Of a stretch of 64,000 nucleotides of DNA, positions 51,901 through 64,000 are shown one piece after another. The first letter of the stretch is position 1. Every line of letters begins with the position of its first letter. The position numbers and the translations under genes were made by a program. The DNA is from Pecten maximus (lineage: Eukaryota): assembly GCF_902652985.1 (NCBI RefSeq), contig NC_047031.1, positions 29,574,001-29,638,000 of the forward strand, written 5' to 3'. The notes beneath the pieces were generated by a model that saw only the letters and a list, made by a program, of their open reading frames with translations, was not told the origin of the DNA and searched no databases.

Positions 51901-53739
51901 GCCATTCCAGGCACTTGATAGACAGGAAGTGTCTATTTATACATACATACATTTATAAATACACTACACATGTGTACAACATATGTTTTACACACCGGGA
52001 TTTAATTTCTTTATTTACATCTGAAACCACTGATCCGTGACATATGCCATTTCCTGCTCTGCATCGCTGAACAGTTGTTATTGGATAGCGATCATATATA
52101 TATACATATCATATTATCTGTTTACATTGTAGAATTAGTTGTATTTCCACATCTGACAGTTCTATCCATTGTAAAATTTTATATATAGATACAATTACTA
52201 TTTGTGGTCCATGTTATCGAAGGTAAATAAATCACAAAATCAATCTATCCATCAATCGACTCCGCATATACAGTGACATTGTAGAAGTCTAGTACTAAAC
52301 ATATTCATTGATTCGTATATTTCAACGATATCTATTTCTATATTTGACATTGGACTGTTTCCTATTCCAGTTAGAATAGAAATTTTTCCGCCATATGTTC
52401 CTGAACGGAATTGCGGGCATGTCACGTAATATCCGTAGGGAACCTTAATCCAGGTTTATTTAAATATTGCACAAAAATCTATGAATGCAATTTAATCTAA
52501 CGAGAAATGTACGTGAACGGAATATAATGTGATAGACATCATCGAGGTATCGTATTGTTACGTAGAACAGGTTATTCAAAAGAGCGAGGATATATTAGAA
52601 TGGAACTTAATTCAATTATAGTTTGAGGTTAGTTCAAATTGTTCAGGAAAACACAATAATATTAATGACAAAACCAATGCTGGAAACTAAACTTGATTCT
52701 GAGTTGGAAATAAATAATAGCGGATAGAAAATAGGAAATAATGAATAGCGAATAGAAAATTGGAACTTTTGTCTACGGTGTGTCACGTTAAGTTTTGACA
52801 GATCTGAAAACAATAACACTGTAACAGTGGCGTAGGCATATTCGGTATAATCAACTTAAACTTAACTTAAGCTATAGAAACAATAGAGCATTACGTTCAG
52901 ATTAACCCGAATTGTTTCATTTCTAATCAATGTAAAAGTAGATTTTAAATAATCTATTCCATAAGAGGTCGTCTGATGACAAGCTATGATACTTTAATGG
53001 GGAGACATATAATTGGAAATGTGATAGTATTGGCGACATACTTAGTAAAGGTATCACCTATGTTTTCAGTCGGTGATTACATAATCTAAACTTCCGATCA
53101 TTATAGATCCATGGTGATATGATTGGATGACATTATATACTTAACCACTGCTGTAATATCCTATTTTGACATTTGAGTGACAGAAACCTATATGAAAGTG
53201 TTCTATTATAGAATACGTGAATATAATTGGATCATTGGATCTTAGGCATCAAAATGATAATATGACATCAGTAAGCTGTGCCTGGTGATATATTCCAGAG
53301 GTTGATGACATTGTTAGACTCGAGAGCGTTTAACCCAGTCAGACTTAAAGAAATATATCATTACCGGTGTTGAGTAAACGGAGAGTTATTGACAATTGTT
53401 AGGGAACGTTCTTTTACTCTACAGTCAAGAATTTATAGATTTAAAAGCAAGTGCAAATATTGAATTTAAAAAGGGAGCTTCTTTTATCGTCATTTCCTTC
53501 AGCACATAACGGTTTGAATTCCTACATTCTACTTATCTGGACAAGTACTGTGTCTGTCTTTCTTTATGTTAACTGTTATGTTTGTTGTTTTTTTATTTGA
53601 AAAAAATATGATTGTCGTTCTCAAATGGTACATATATGGAATGCTTGCAGTCCTCTGTCGACGTCTTACTGTGTCTCGTTATTGTGTCAATTTAAATAAC
53701 TAGTGATAGCGTTCATATCGTTGAGACACGTATCCTAAG

Positions 53740-54228
53740 TGACGTTATTCACGAGCGATAGCCGAGTCCGTGATACACATATACTCTGTGTTTACACCGC
53801 GTGGATAGGCTAGTGGAAGGCCAGAGAGTCCTGTGTCACTTCATATGGCGCGCGCATACGCTAACATTCAAACCGGAGCATGGTACAGGAACGATCCGGA
53901 TCAGCTTAGAATCGGTCAAAGATACCTCATGAAGGAATTTGGAATGTGAATTTTCGTGATATTACTTGTAGCTTTAATGCTATATATGTTCAGCATGTGT
54001 TTTTGAGGAGCCGACAGTAATACGTCGTGAAGTGCTACAAAACACTCGAGGATATGTTACAGGACACACGTGTATAAAGGAGATAGTATCGACACATGGG
54101 AGTTACCAAATCTGTGAATAAACAACAGTGTAAACAAGTCGACAAAGTTGACAAATGTGTCAATACTACCTGTTGGTGTTAAATATCGGTACACAATGTG
54201 AAGCTGGGATGTTATAAAACCAACCAGG
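53740..54228 (+). promoter_or_regulatory. Candidate promoter and non-coding 5' exon of the NPR-like gene
   Basis: Locally CpG-richer patch (ATGGCGCGCGCATACGC at ~53845), donor-like CAGG|gtaagg at 54229, and acceptor-like ttctgtgcag| at 55351 upstream of the ATG. Inference only. Confidence 0.3.
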
Positions 54229-55481
54229 GTAAGGCAGATCGGTTAATAAGTTTAGTATATAGTAGTAGGTGTCAGGACGAATTAAGTGTTTAACATAACA
54301 AATCTAGACCAAATTATACAGGCAATCGGTATGATGTTTGATGACACGCTCTATTGGTGTTTGATGGTTAAGTTACAAGCTGTCTCACACGATTGATTGA
54401 CACCTTTCTACCTGGTTAAAGACACGTGTTAGATGGATAAATATCAGTCAGGGGTGTTAATGATATTTCCGACCGTTTAGTTTTCTTATTTCAATACCGA
54501 ACAATATTATTTGATATTAATTTTTAATTATCTTTTGTTTTAGATAAAGAATCATAAACATGGAATTTTAACCCATCACGTGACTTATACCTATGGGTAT
54601 TTAATTGATACTCCTACCGTTTAATCGTATCAACAGGGCCGGTATCATTACATATCTTTATGATTTCTCTTTTCATTTTTTATATATTATTTAACAGTTT
54701 TTGCGTCCGTATGTTTATTTTTTAAACCTTGATTTTTTATACCAAGATTTTAACAGAAACTTGCCTAATTTGAATATATCTTAAAATGTTACGTTTTATC
54801 ATCTAGACTACAACGATATATATATATATAGTTATATCCCAAGGCCAAATTTGCTACCTCATCTCGCAAAATCTATAACAGAACGATTGGATATATACAG
54901 TAATTACCTACTCAGTTTAGTTTATATTAACCCCTTTATAGTATAACAGTCCGACAGGACAGACAATTCAGCGTTTCGTTTACGATACTGTCATTGTTTT
55001 AATTGATTAAATTGATGAACATCGTGTCTACATATAAACGGGTCGGGCTATATTAAAACCATATTCCTGTTAACACCTCCGATTGTGTTTATCAGAAAGT
55101 ATACGTCTGATGTAGTAGTTCATATACACAATTTGTCGTCGGCAGATGATAACGCAGGTGAAAGTCAGTTTCATCAGAAAGCTTATATACTATTTAACCA
55201 GCCACGTGTTATAGAGTGGCAGTGTTATTTGTCTTTGCCGCCTGTCCGTGAGTAAATCGGAACGTTGGTTCGTTCCACAAGCTCTTGGCTGCCAATACAG
55301 GATTCATTGCTTGGAATTCTATCATTCTTTCTGGAGTTTGATTCTGTGCAGGAACATATGTGTGAAAAGTGCAATGAAGTGTTTGATAAGTGTGTGTTTT
55401 ATGACTTAAAATTGTGATAACCAAAGAGGAATATTCAAACGGATTAAGTTGCTGCTGTAAATCTTATGTGATTTTGCACGT

Positions 55482-56196
55482 ATGATACCACACATCATGG
55501 GGCCGTGTGGGGAAATATGGTCACTTCCGGTATTGCTACAAATGACCATGGTCATAGTAACACTTCTTCCAGGGGTGGAACTCAGTAAAATTGACGTGAA
55601 AATTGCGCTGATGGTACCAGAAAAACATTTATATTTTTCACGAATGATGGTCGAACCAGCAATAGAGGTAGCAATTGAAGAGGTTGGAAAAAGAGAGTTA
55701 CTTCCCTTCCACAGATTAAACGTAACCAAATACAACACACAGTGTGACTCCGTAAGTGCCCCGGTGGCAGCCTTCCGTTTCATGGATGATGGGGGTCATG
55801 CCTTTTTCGGCCCCGTTTGTGATTACAGTCTAGCTGCCGTTGCTAGGTACGCTCCATCATGGGGTCTTCCAGTTGTCTCCCCTGGGGGACTTGCGGAAGA
55901 CTTCTTAGACAAAAAAGTGGAATATAAAACGCTCACTCGTATGGGAATGGCTTTTGACTCTATGACGAGATTCATTCTTGCCGCGATCGCCCATTACCGA
56001 TGGCCGAAACTGAAGCTTTTGTATGACCCTAATGGTCAGAACGCAATTTCGGACCGGTTCTGCTTTTTAGCAGGATCTGCATTAATAAAGGAGATTCGAA
56101 CCAAAAGGAAGGACATGACAGGGGAATATACACTGATAACAGGCCCTTCCTCGTACAACAAGATTCTTCGGGAGGACGTTGGTGCCAAGTTTTCAA
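55482..56196 (+). CDS. First coding exon of an atrial natriuretic peptide receptor-like / receptor guanylyl cyclase family protein (signal peptide + ANF_receptor periplasmic-binding-protein-like ectodomain)
   Basis: 244-aa ORF with a hydrophobic N-terminus (..WSLPVLLQMTMVIVTLLPGVELS) and family motifs PAIEVAIE, QCDS, AFFGPVCDYSLAAVARYAPSWGLPVVSPGG, EYKTLTRMG, HYRW, RFCF. Homology ends at a canonical donor TCAA|gtaagt (GT at 56197, phase 1). The start may be ATG 55497 (catcATGG). NPR-A/B versus NPR-C type cannot be resolved from the ectodomain alone. Confidence 0.93.
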
Positions 56197-56955
56197 GTAA
56201 GTTGATTTTAACATAAACTTAAGTCAGTGCCTCCTCTAGGATCTGAACCTGGGACCTATGGCTTACTAGTCTTAAACGTAACCAATCAAGCTACAGATAA
56301 GTTCCCTCAAGCCGTGCGGTATTTTGCCGCTTGTCTTTAACAGGGTTTCATTTAAATCATACTAAAGGCGTTAACATTAATATCTTCTATTATGTTTTCC
56401 TCACATATGGAAACATTAAAACCATGAAAATACCATGCATACTATCATTAAATGATATAGAATAGAAATGCATATGTATGTATGCACTAATTTAGACAAA
56501 TTATGATTTAAAAAATAGAAATTTAAAAAATGGCTTTACAATTGATTGAAAATAGCAGTCGGTCGAAAATATTACTTAATAATGCGGATCACGTAAAAAC
56601 CGAGAGTAAATATCATATCGGATCAAAAAATATTAATGTGTAAAGTATTAATGTGTAAAGTATTTATGTGTAAAGTATTTATGAAGTAAAGATTAGAAAC
56701 CTGCATCTAACACTTCGCAGTCTTTGTTACCAAAATATTTGCATACGCAAATTTCCATTCACACCCGACGACGACAACAACATAGAATTGTATATGGTTT
56801 TTTTTATACATAAGATATATACATCTCTTAAAAACAATAATGTGTAATGATGTCAAATATCTGACTAAGCTTATATATCTTACAGCAATTAAATCATGCA
56901 CTTGTCGATGCATATTTATCCAAACATAAATTCATAACTCGCTTATTCAAGACAT

Positions 56956-57081
56956 GGGGGCCGCAGTGGCCGAATGGTTAAGGTGTCTCGACACTTTATC
57001 ACTAGCCCTCCACCTCCAAAAACTGGCACATCCTTAAATGACCGTGGCTGTTAATTGGACGTTAAACAAAATAAACCAAAC
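56956..57081 (+). mobile_element. Internally deleted V-SINE in intron 1 of the NPR-like gene, with TSD
   Basis: Head and tail match 21683-21906 but B box and core are absent; TSD tattcaa(g/t)acatg at 56944 and 57082. Confidence 0.9.
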
Positions 57082-57184
57082 TATTCAATACATGATCTCT
57101 AAACTGTTACGTTTCTGTTCGTGAATTTAACTATATCTATTTTACAACAAACGAAATACATGCTATATCAACTAATGTTAACCA

Positions 57185-57358
57185 CGCTTGGTGGCCTGGA
57201 CGTGTGAATGGTCTTAATGTGGGAGGTAGTCAGAATTCACGATGAAAACCCGTGTGGTCATGCAGGTGACTCTACACCTGTTCATGTTTTAACGAGGAAT
57301 CGAACCTCGGTCACACAAATCAAAGGCGAGTCGGTTACCACCGCGCCGTCCAACCAGC
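57185..57358 (-). mobile_element. Second V-like SINE family copy
   Basis: ggtcttaatgtgggagg..gaaaacccgtgtggtc..gcaggtgac..gaggaatcgaacctcggtc. Confidence 0.7.
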
Positions 57359-57870
57359 TGAAAGTCGGTATTTAACTTCAATAGATATATAACTATGTAT
57401 GTTACTATAAAGCTCAAGTCTAATAACACCGATAGTCAGTTTATAACGAATGTGTCCTGATAGGGACGTTAAATACTCAGATCGCTAATTCAGTTAGGAT
57501 ATTTCCAAGTACCAACTATATTTATCTATCGACAAACCGGATAAACTTAAACATGCTAGCTTCGAGTAAATGTGCAATGTATTAATCACTGTTTACAAAA
57601 GGTTTGTCCGGTTCTATACAATCATATACATGTACATTTTGTGTATGTACGTGAGTTTCAAGTGTTTTATGGTTTAGAGAAAATTAATAGCATTCTGTAT
57701 AGATATTCAGTCACAATTGCGGAACATTTAAGATTTATAAAAATGAACTTGGAATTGTAAATCTTATCATGGAGACATTATACGTATTGTTGATATGCTT
57801 GTTTGAAAATCAAATATTTGCTTGATGCCCTTTCTTTTGAGTTAAAATCGAACGATACTTAATTTGAATA

Positions 57871-58031
57871 TATAGTTAAACCTCGTTATCCCAAAGCCAA
57901 TGGGGTCTATAAGACCTTCGATATATCTACTTTAGTCGAGGTAACCGAGTGTATTCTACATATAACTTTTACCGTCGGAACTGAATTCGTGATTCTTAAG
58001 CATGATATTCGAGTTCAAGAGTTCGACTATG
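57871..58031. mobile_element. TA-flanked Tc1/mariner-type MITE remnant
   Basis: Imperfect TIRs tatagttaaacctcg ... gagttcgactat. Confidence 0.45.
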
Positions 58032-58454
58032 TTTTGAATGTACAGAGTTCATACGGCGATCAAAGATTACTCAAACATAAAGTTCTAATAACTGGTAAAT
58101 ATCATAAAAATTAAAAACAAGTGTCTCTGGAGAAATGTTTTAAACAAATGTGTACCTTTTCTGGTTAATCTGCGAAAGTTAAGTGTATAACCACGACACC
58201 TAGCTGTTAATAATTAACAGACTTTGTCTTAAATCTAGACATTATAACTAGCAGTAAATTGAGCTTGATGGTCTTCGTTTCAATGATATGTCTGATGATA
58301 CATTGAAATATAGCGTGAAATAATCTAATGTTGTAACTTAGCAGGACAATTCTCTTCAACTACTGACTGGTAACCTGTCTAAGAAAATGCATCCTCATAG
58401 CGACTTATTCTCATCGTGTTTTAAATTGTATGAGAGGCAACTACATGTAACATT

Positions 58455-58730
58455 CAGTTTTGTATGGCGAGCGTTATCGAGGACGCAGAAGACGCCTACC
58501 CTCATGGAGCTCCTGGTCTGATAACACAAGTTTTTGTTGTTGAAAACTTCATGTCAACTTATATTTATTACGCTTATCGGCCCGGATCAAAGCATGTGAT
58601 GGGTCTTACTGTGAGAGAAAACCGGAATAATCGGTGACCCCATTCATTTTCACGTCCGATTGGGGAATCAAACCCCGGTCGCTAAGGTGAAAGACACGTT
58701 TGATACAACTATGTCTCCCGAACACCCTGA
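58455..58730. mobile_element. Penelope-like 3' fragment (+) adjacent to a V-like SINE remnant (-)
   Basis: ttgtatggcgagcg..gcagaagacgcctaccctcatggagctcctggtc, then cacgtccgattggggaatcaaaccccggtcg. Confidence 0.55.
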
Positions 58731-59597
58731 TGTTTAGTTCAGACAACTGTTTCATGCTCAGAGTTAAATTACACCATGTCTAGTTGGAATACCATTAACC
58801 AAAGTATATTCAGGGGATAATATAGGAGAGTATGAGAGAGATCTATCAATTGTAACTCTCATATGTGATACATATAATCTAGCATCCGTGTGAGGGAAAG
58901 GTCAGATTAGTTCACCATTTTAACATTAATATATACGAGTGACGTTTGGCAGTCCGCATTCTATTTTTCTCTTTGTCTTCAGAATATGAGACATTGAGGA
59001 GAGACGCGACACTTTGATTCAGACCTGAATGGAAAATAAAGAACACTACATACACTTTTATGGAATCAGGAACAAGTATAAGGGATGTCTGCTTCATCAA
59101 CGATACCCGTCATGTCAATCCCTGACTAATCTATCTGATGATCTGATGTCTATTATTACAACTAAAACATATTTCATTGTCCTTTGCTTACCCATAGATC
59201 ACACAGGCATGTCAATCAGGCTTCTTAGCATGCAGTAGTCAAGGCCAAACGTGTAGCGAAGCTGTTAAACAGGAAAATTTTTTTTTCTAGTATATCAGTA
59301 TAAAAATAGTCTGATTCATTAAACTTATTGGTAGGTTCAGAATACCATCATAATTAACAGTGCCTCAATAACGTGGTTCAATTACTTGGTATAAATGAGA
59401 CCAATGAATAATTTAACAAGCATGGCCTATATGCTAGTCTTTCCAAACATGCCAAGCAGCGTTGCAAAGCATAATTAAAAGAAATGGAATACATGTTGGA
59501 GACGAAATCATCAAAGATTTCAATGTTGGAGCAAGTCCTAAACGACTTCCGACACTCGTGGCATCACAATTTGTTGAACTGAGCAACTCAATGTCGC

Positions 59598-59878
59598 CGG
59601 AATTTGATATGGATAGGTCAATAGTTTGTCAGTCCGTCCGTCATAAACGATTGTCGGTATTTGATTAGGGGAGATCAATAGTCTGTCAGCCACGTCCGTC
59701 TACAAATATTGCTGGTATCTTAAATTTGTAGGTCAATAATCTGTCACTCCGTCCGTCATTAAACCTTTTCAGCATTTGATATGGAGAGGTCAATAATCTG
59801 TCAGTCCGTCCGTTTACAGATATTGCTGGCATTTGATATGGAGAGGTTAATGATCTGCCAGTCCGCTCTTCTGTAGAT
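59598..59878. repeat. Degenerate ~57-bp tandem repeat (atttgatatggagaggtcaataatctgtcagtccgtccgt...), 5 copies
   Basis: Recurrent ggtcaata.tctgtca.tccgtccgt anchor. Confidence 0.85.
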
Positions 59879-61614
59879 GTTTGTGTGAAAACGGATGTTC
59901 TTTTCAAAGTTATACTTTAATCCCAATCTCTGTTAGAATTTAAGAGAGCAATACTGCTACGTTATTAGTGCCGAAATCAGTTGTAAACTGTTCACTATTT
60001 TCTTATATATTTCGAATGCTGTTATAATTCATGTTTTATAAACTAAATTTTAGTCCATATGCCACTTGTTTATTGAAGATATTTTCAATTGAATCGGTAC
60101 ATTTTACCGTGTCTTGCGCAGGTGATTGATTCCTTGGTTTAGTATTGTTTTCAGAGTTCTGCGTTAATGACCGCGTTATATACTGTTTTATGTACAGTCG
60201 GGGAGTATTAAGTTCCCTGACAGTTCTAGTTATCACTACCGTCAGTACAACATTGTTCATTATTTCCTTATCTTTCGGTTTACTTTACGCTCTGCTCTAC
60301 AAACTGAAATATTACATAACAATAATACTACGGATTCTTGTGTAAATAATATCTTCACAACATACTCTTATTTCACTAGAGAAAACAGAAGTGGTAGAGT
60401 TCTACATCCAGAATCAATAAATGAATTATACACACTGCAGAAGGTAAACTGTACTTGGAAGCAATGCATTGAATATTGTAAATAAAAGAAGCTTTCATAC
60501 AATATGTTTTATAAACGAGTATAAACAGGACAATCTGAGCTTGTACACGATCTTTGTGATACATGTAGTATGCCTGCTGGTATTTCTGCAATGAGGTGCA
60601 CTGGTCATTTGACTAAAGAGTGTGACAAATTAAAGTCAATTAAACGTCAGGTGTTAATCGAATATTTGTTGTAATATAACACAATATATTGACATTCATT
60701 CCCATTTTTCTGTATTGTTCTAAATTTAATCTTACCATCAAGACATATCGTAAACATGACAATTATAACACTTTTATTTATAGCTTTTACATTCTAGAGA
60801 CATGAGGTCAGTCTATGTATTGTCCGTTTTTGTTTTGTTTTGTATAAAACCTGGAGATGTGAGTAACTCGTAACAAATTAAAACATATATACGGATTTTA
60901 ATCACGGCATAGTCATGAAAAATTTTGAAATCGTAGATTATGTCATATACTTAAAGACAAAATTGAGTTGATTAAAAAATAAAGATAGTGGCTCTTTCCC
61001 CTTTAAGTAAATAACTTGATTTTGCCAAACATGATTAAAGGAATGATATTAGACCGCGGTGAAATGGAGTTTGTTGCGAATAGTTTGCCCTGGTTTAGTG
61101 CCTGCTCGGCTATTACGGTAGCCATCAGCCGCGAGGGCGCTTAACGAACTGTACTATTGAAATCAATTTAGGCTATATTATATCACAACAGCGCACCATT
61201 GTCCCGAGCACGCACGTGCAGGGCGAGAGTCATAACATTGTTTGGCTTTTAACGTGACTGTCTAGTGAACCAATCTATAGCCATTTAATAATTCAGAATT
61301 CGCTGAGCTTTTGTTTGTTAGTGAGAGCATAGCCCTGTGTGTATTTGAGCTTGGCTAAGGAAATTTAATCGTTTCCGTCACATTAACCTGAAATCATAAT
61401 GTTTCACTTACTATAGTAAAAAGTGAATAACTCTTTTTTTTTGTATATTATTGTTAGTTGAAAGGAATCGATAGAAGTTATTCAGGTTAGGAAATTTTCG
61501 AATGCAGTTTTATTGTCAGATTGTTTCTTTTATCGAAACACTGATGTATAGATAATTATCATCGATGTCTTATCTCCCGATGTATGTAATAAAGGTTTCG
61601 ACATATTAGATTTC

Positions 61615-62104
61615 GGTCAGTATTGTAATGATGATGGTCAGTATTGTTAATGATGACGGTCAGTATGACGGTCAGTATTGCTAATGATGACGGTCAGTAT
61701 AGTTAATGAGGACGGTCAGTATGACGGTCAGTATTGTTAATGATGACGGTCAGTATTGTTAATGATGACGGTCAGTATTGTTAATGATGACGGTCAGTAT
61801 TGTTAATGATGACGGTCAGTATTGTTAATGATGACGGTCAGTATTGTTAATGATGACGGTCAGTATGACGGTCAGTATTGTTAATGGTGACGGTCAGTAT
61901 GACGGTCAGTATAGTTAATGAGGACGGTCAGTATGACGGTCAGTATTGTAAATGATGACGGTCAGTATTGTTAATGGTGACGGTCAGTATGACGGTCAGT
62001 ATTGTTAATGATGACGGTCAGTATAGTTAATGATGACGGTCAGTATGACGGTCAGTATTGTAAATGGTGACGGTCAGTATTGTTAATGATGACGGTCAGT
62101 ATTG
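61615..62104. repeat. 22-bp minisatellite (GACGGTCAGTATTGTTAATGAT) interspersed with 12-bp truncated units (GACGGTCAGTAT)
   Basis: Directly visible. Confidence 0.96.
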
Positions 62105-64000
62105 GTAAGGATGAATCGTTTCGGGTGCTCCTATCATTTAATAAAACCGTTATTATCGACATCACGATCTCACTGGAAAGTTGTTGCTTCCTTTTGGGAC
62201 TTAAAGTCAAAAGTGTAGGATACTTGTTGCTATGGTCGGAGGTCCCGTTTTTACCTTCCTAGTTCCCAATTTGATGACGTACCTGAACTCAGATTTGTAA
62301 CACTTGATCTGATAGGGCGTTTTTACTGTGCTAATTTAGCTTTAAGTTAATATTTGGTAGGTTCGGTACTGAATAGACACATTTTGGATACATTTACAGT
62401 TTAATCTAACTGTAATACCACCGTTGTAAACGGTTCCGACCCGATTACATAGAAAATGAGCAAACCTATTTATAGTACAAATTTATAGATGAGCGTTATA
62501 AAAACACTGTTTAATAAAATAGGGAATGATATTGAGGGTGAGCGGTGGGGGTTGGGGGTGTATGTCGATAACTTGGTAATGTTTGTGTGAACGATAAAAA
62601 TGATAAGTTACTCCAGCAGTGACCGTTGGGCGAAGTAATTTAACGAATCGCAGACCAAATTTACGATTCTCACAAAAAGTCAGTTACGCATACACCCGAC
62701 TTCGAGACACTCTCTACAGAGAAATCACCCCTATTAAGAGGTCATCTCTATCCAGTGTCCAATCAAACGACCACGTGCGTTACCAGGCCACCTCTTCATA
62801 AAGACCACCTCTGATTAGAGACCTCAGGTGACAGTGAATTAGTACGTTATATCTCACCTGCGATAAGAGGATACACTGCATTCAATGTGGATGTCTAGCA
62901 AGTAGACATTCCTGTGTCGTCAACATTGTATATCATGATCGGTATAGCTACTTAACAACGTGAAACTTGTCCCTATTAACGGTCAAAATATTGTGAGATA
63001 TTCTGTATTCAAGTTGTCGAGAACACCACTTGATAAGCTGTGCTGTGTCTGCGGCATGCGGTACTCAGTTTAATCCCAGTTTGTTTGCAGACTGAAAATA
63101 TAGCTGTTTGATTTTTGTTCGATTTATGCCTGTTATAAGCATTACGATGACTTTATTAGCACCGTGATCCTGTATTACAAGGTATTTTATGGCCGCGGAT
63201 TTTATATGGATATTACCTTTATTGTGGACGTCTATAATATCGAGATATAACCAATGTTTATATAATGTAAAATGGCCTTGTGTACAAGTGTTCGCGGTGT
63301 ATTATTATTTTTTATTACTTATTTTAATACTTGAATTTCATTTGAATTTCATAGGTGTAGATTTTTTTGGATATCATATTCATTTCCCTTTAAGCGACCA
63401 CTTCAGACTGTAAATATCTTACTTACGTTGCAAATAAAAACCAGCATTTAGTAACAGCCTTCTTTTATTTCGCAAGTGCGTACAGTAAACCATTCAAGCA
63501 ATATACACAATACATTTAACATACTATAAAATGGGACCCAGAAACAAGTTGTTGAACCTATGTAAATCTGCTTACTAAGCAGAAATTAAAGTGGTGACAG
63601 GGGTTTATTTCACAAAATACAAACCTACAGGAAAATCTTACAGCATTGATTAAATACGTGAGCAGGAGATCAGAAGAGAAAATTCAAAGGAAAAAGGATA
63701 GGGAAGGGGAGGGCGAGCATTTACCCGAGTTTTTACTCGTACAGGAGTTATCAAATTACTGAAGCTGTAGAAACGCTGCTAGTAGCTATTAACCAATATT
63801 TGTATCTGACACAATTTCAGTCTGCTGTGTTTGATGTAATTGTGTGTACTGTAATGTTATTACTGTCTTATCAGTTCAAATAGTAAGTTATTAATGGTTC
63901 CGAATTACGTGTTATAGACCCTATTCCGTCATTGTATTATACAGGACTGAGGTGTTGTGAAACCATCTGTATTGTGATGCATCTTAATGTATTTTGTGAT

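Noticed and set aside
56200-64000. Second coding exon of the NPR-like gene
   Set aside because: No acceptor followed by an I-V-x-L-C-type frame was found; it probably lies beyond the window.

Overview
AT-rich eukaryotic genomic DNA, most likely from a bivalve mollusc. That assignment is inferred from the SINE, Penelope-like and Helentron-like repeat types. It is not prokaryotic: there are no operons, CRISPR arrays or rRNA. Only one protein-coding exon is convincing: the large first coding exon (55482-56196, +) of a natriuretic-peptide-receptor/receptor guanylyl cyclase family gene, encoding a signal peptide and the ANF-receptor ligand-binding domain and ending at a phase-1 GTAAGT donor. No downstream exon was recognised in the window. 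The remaining sequence is intergenic or intronic and dense in repeats: tRNA-derived SINEs of V-, Meta- and CORE-like types with a shared 3' tail, decayed Penelope-like retroelements, Helentron-associated (HINE-like) elements, MITEs, and at least 12 mini/microsatellites. Most ORF-track entries are repeat or chance artefacts. The most notable observations are: (i) a minimal type-I hammerhead ribozyme at about 40097-40136 with an intact catalytic core, beside a Penelope-like tail; (ii) a 12x53-bp array of tRNA-like 5' halves, each with a Pol III A box and a splice-donor consensus, in a 3-unit higher-order repeat; (iii) four satellites that each derive from a different retroelement module (SINE head, SINE body, SINE tail, Penelope-like 3' region); and (iv) a 132-bp near-perfect hairpin element. 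No new multi-gene system can be supported from this sequence.
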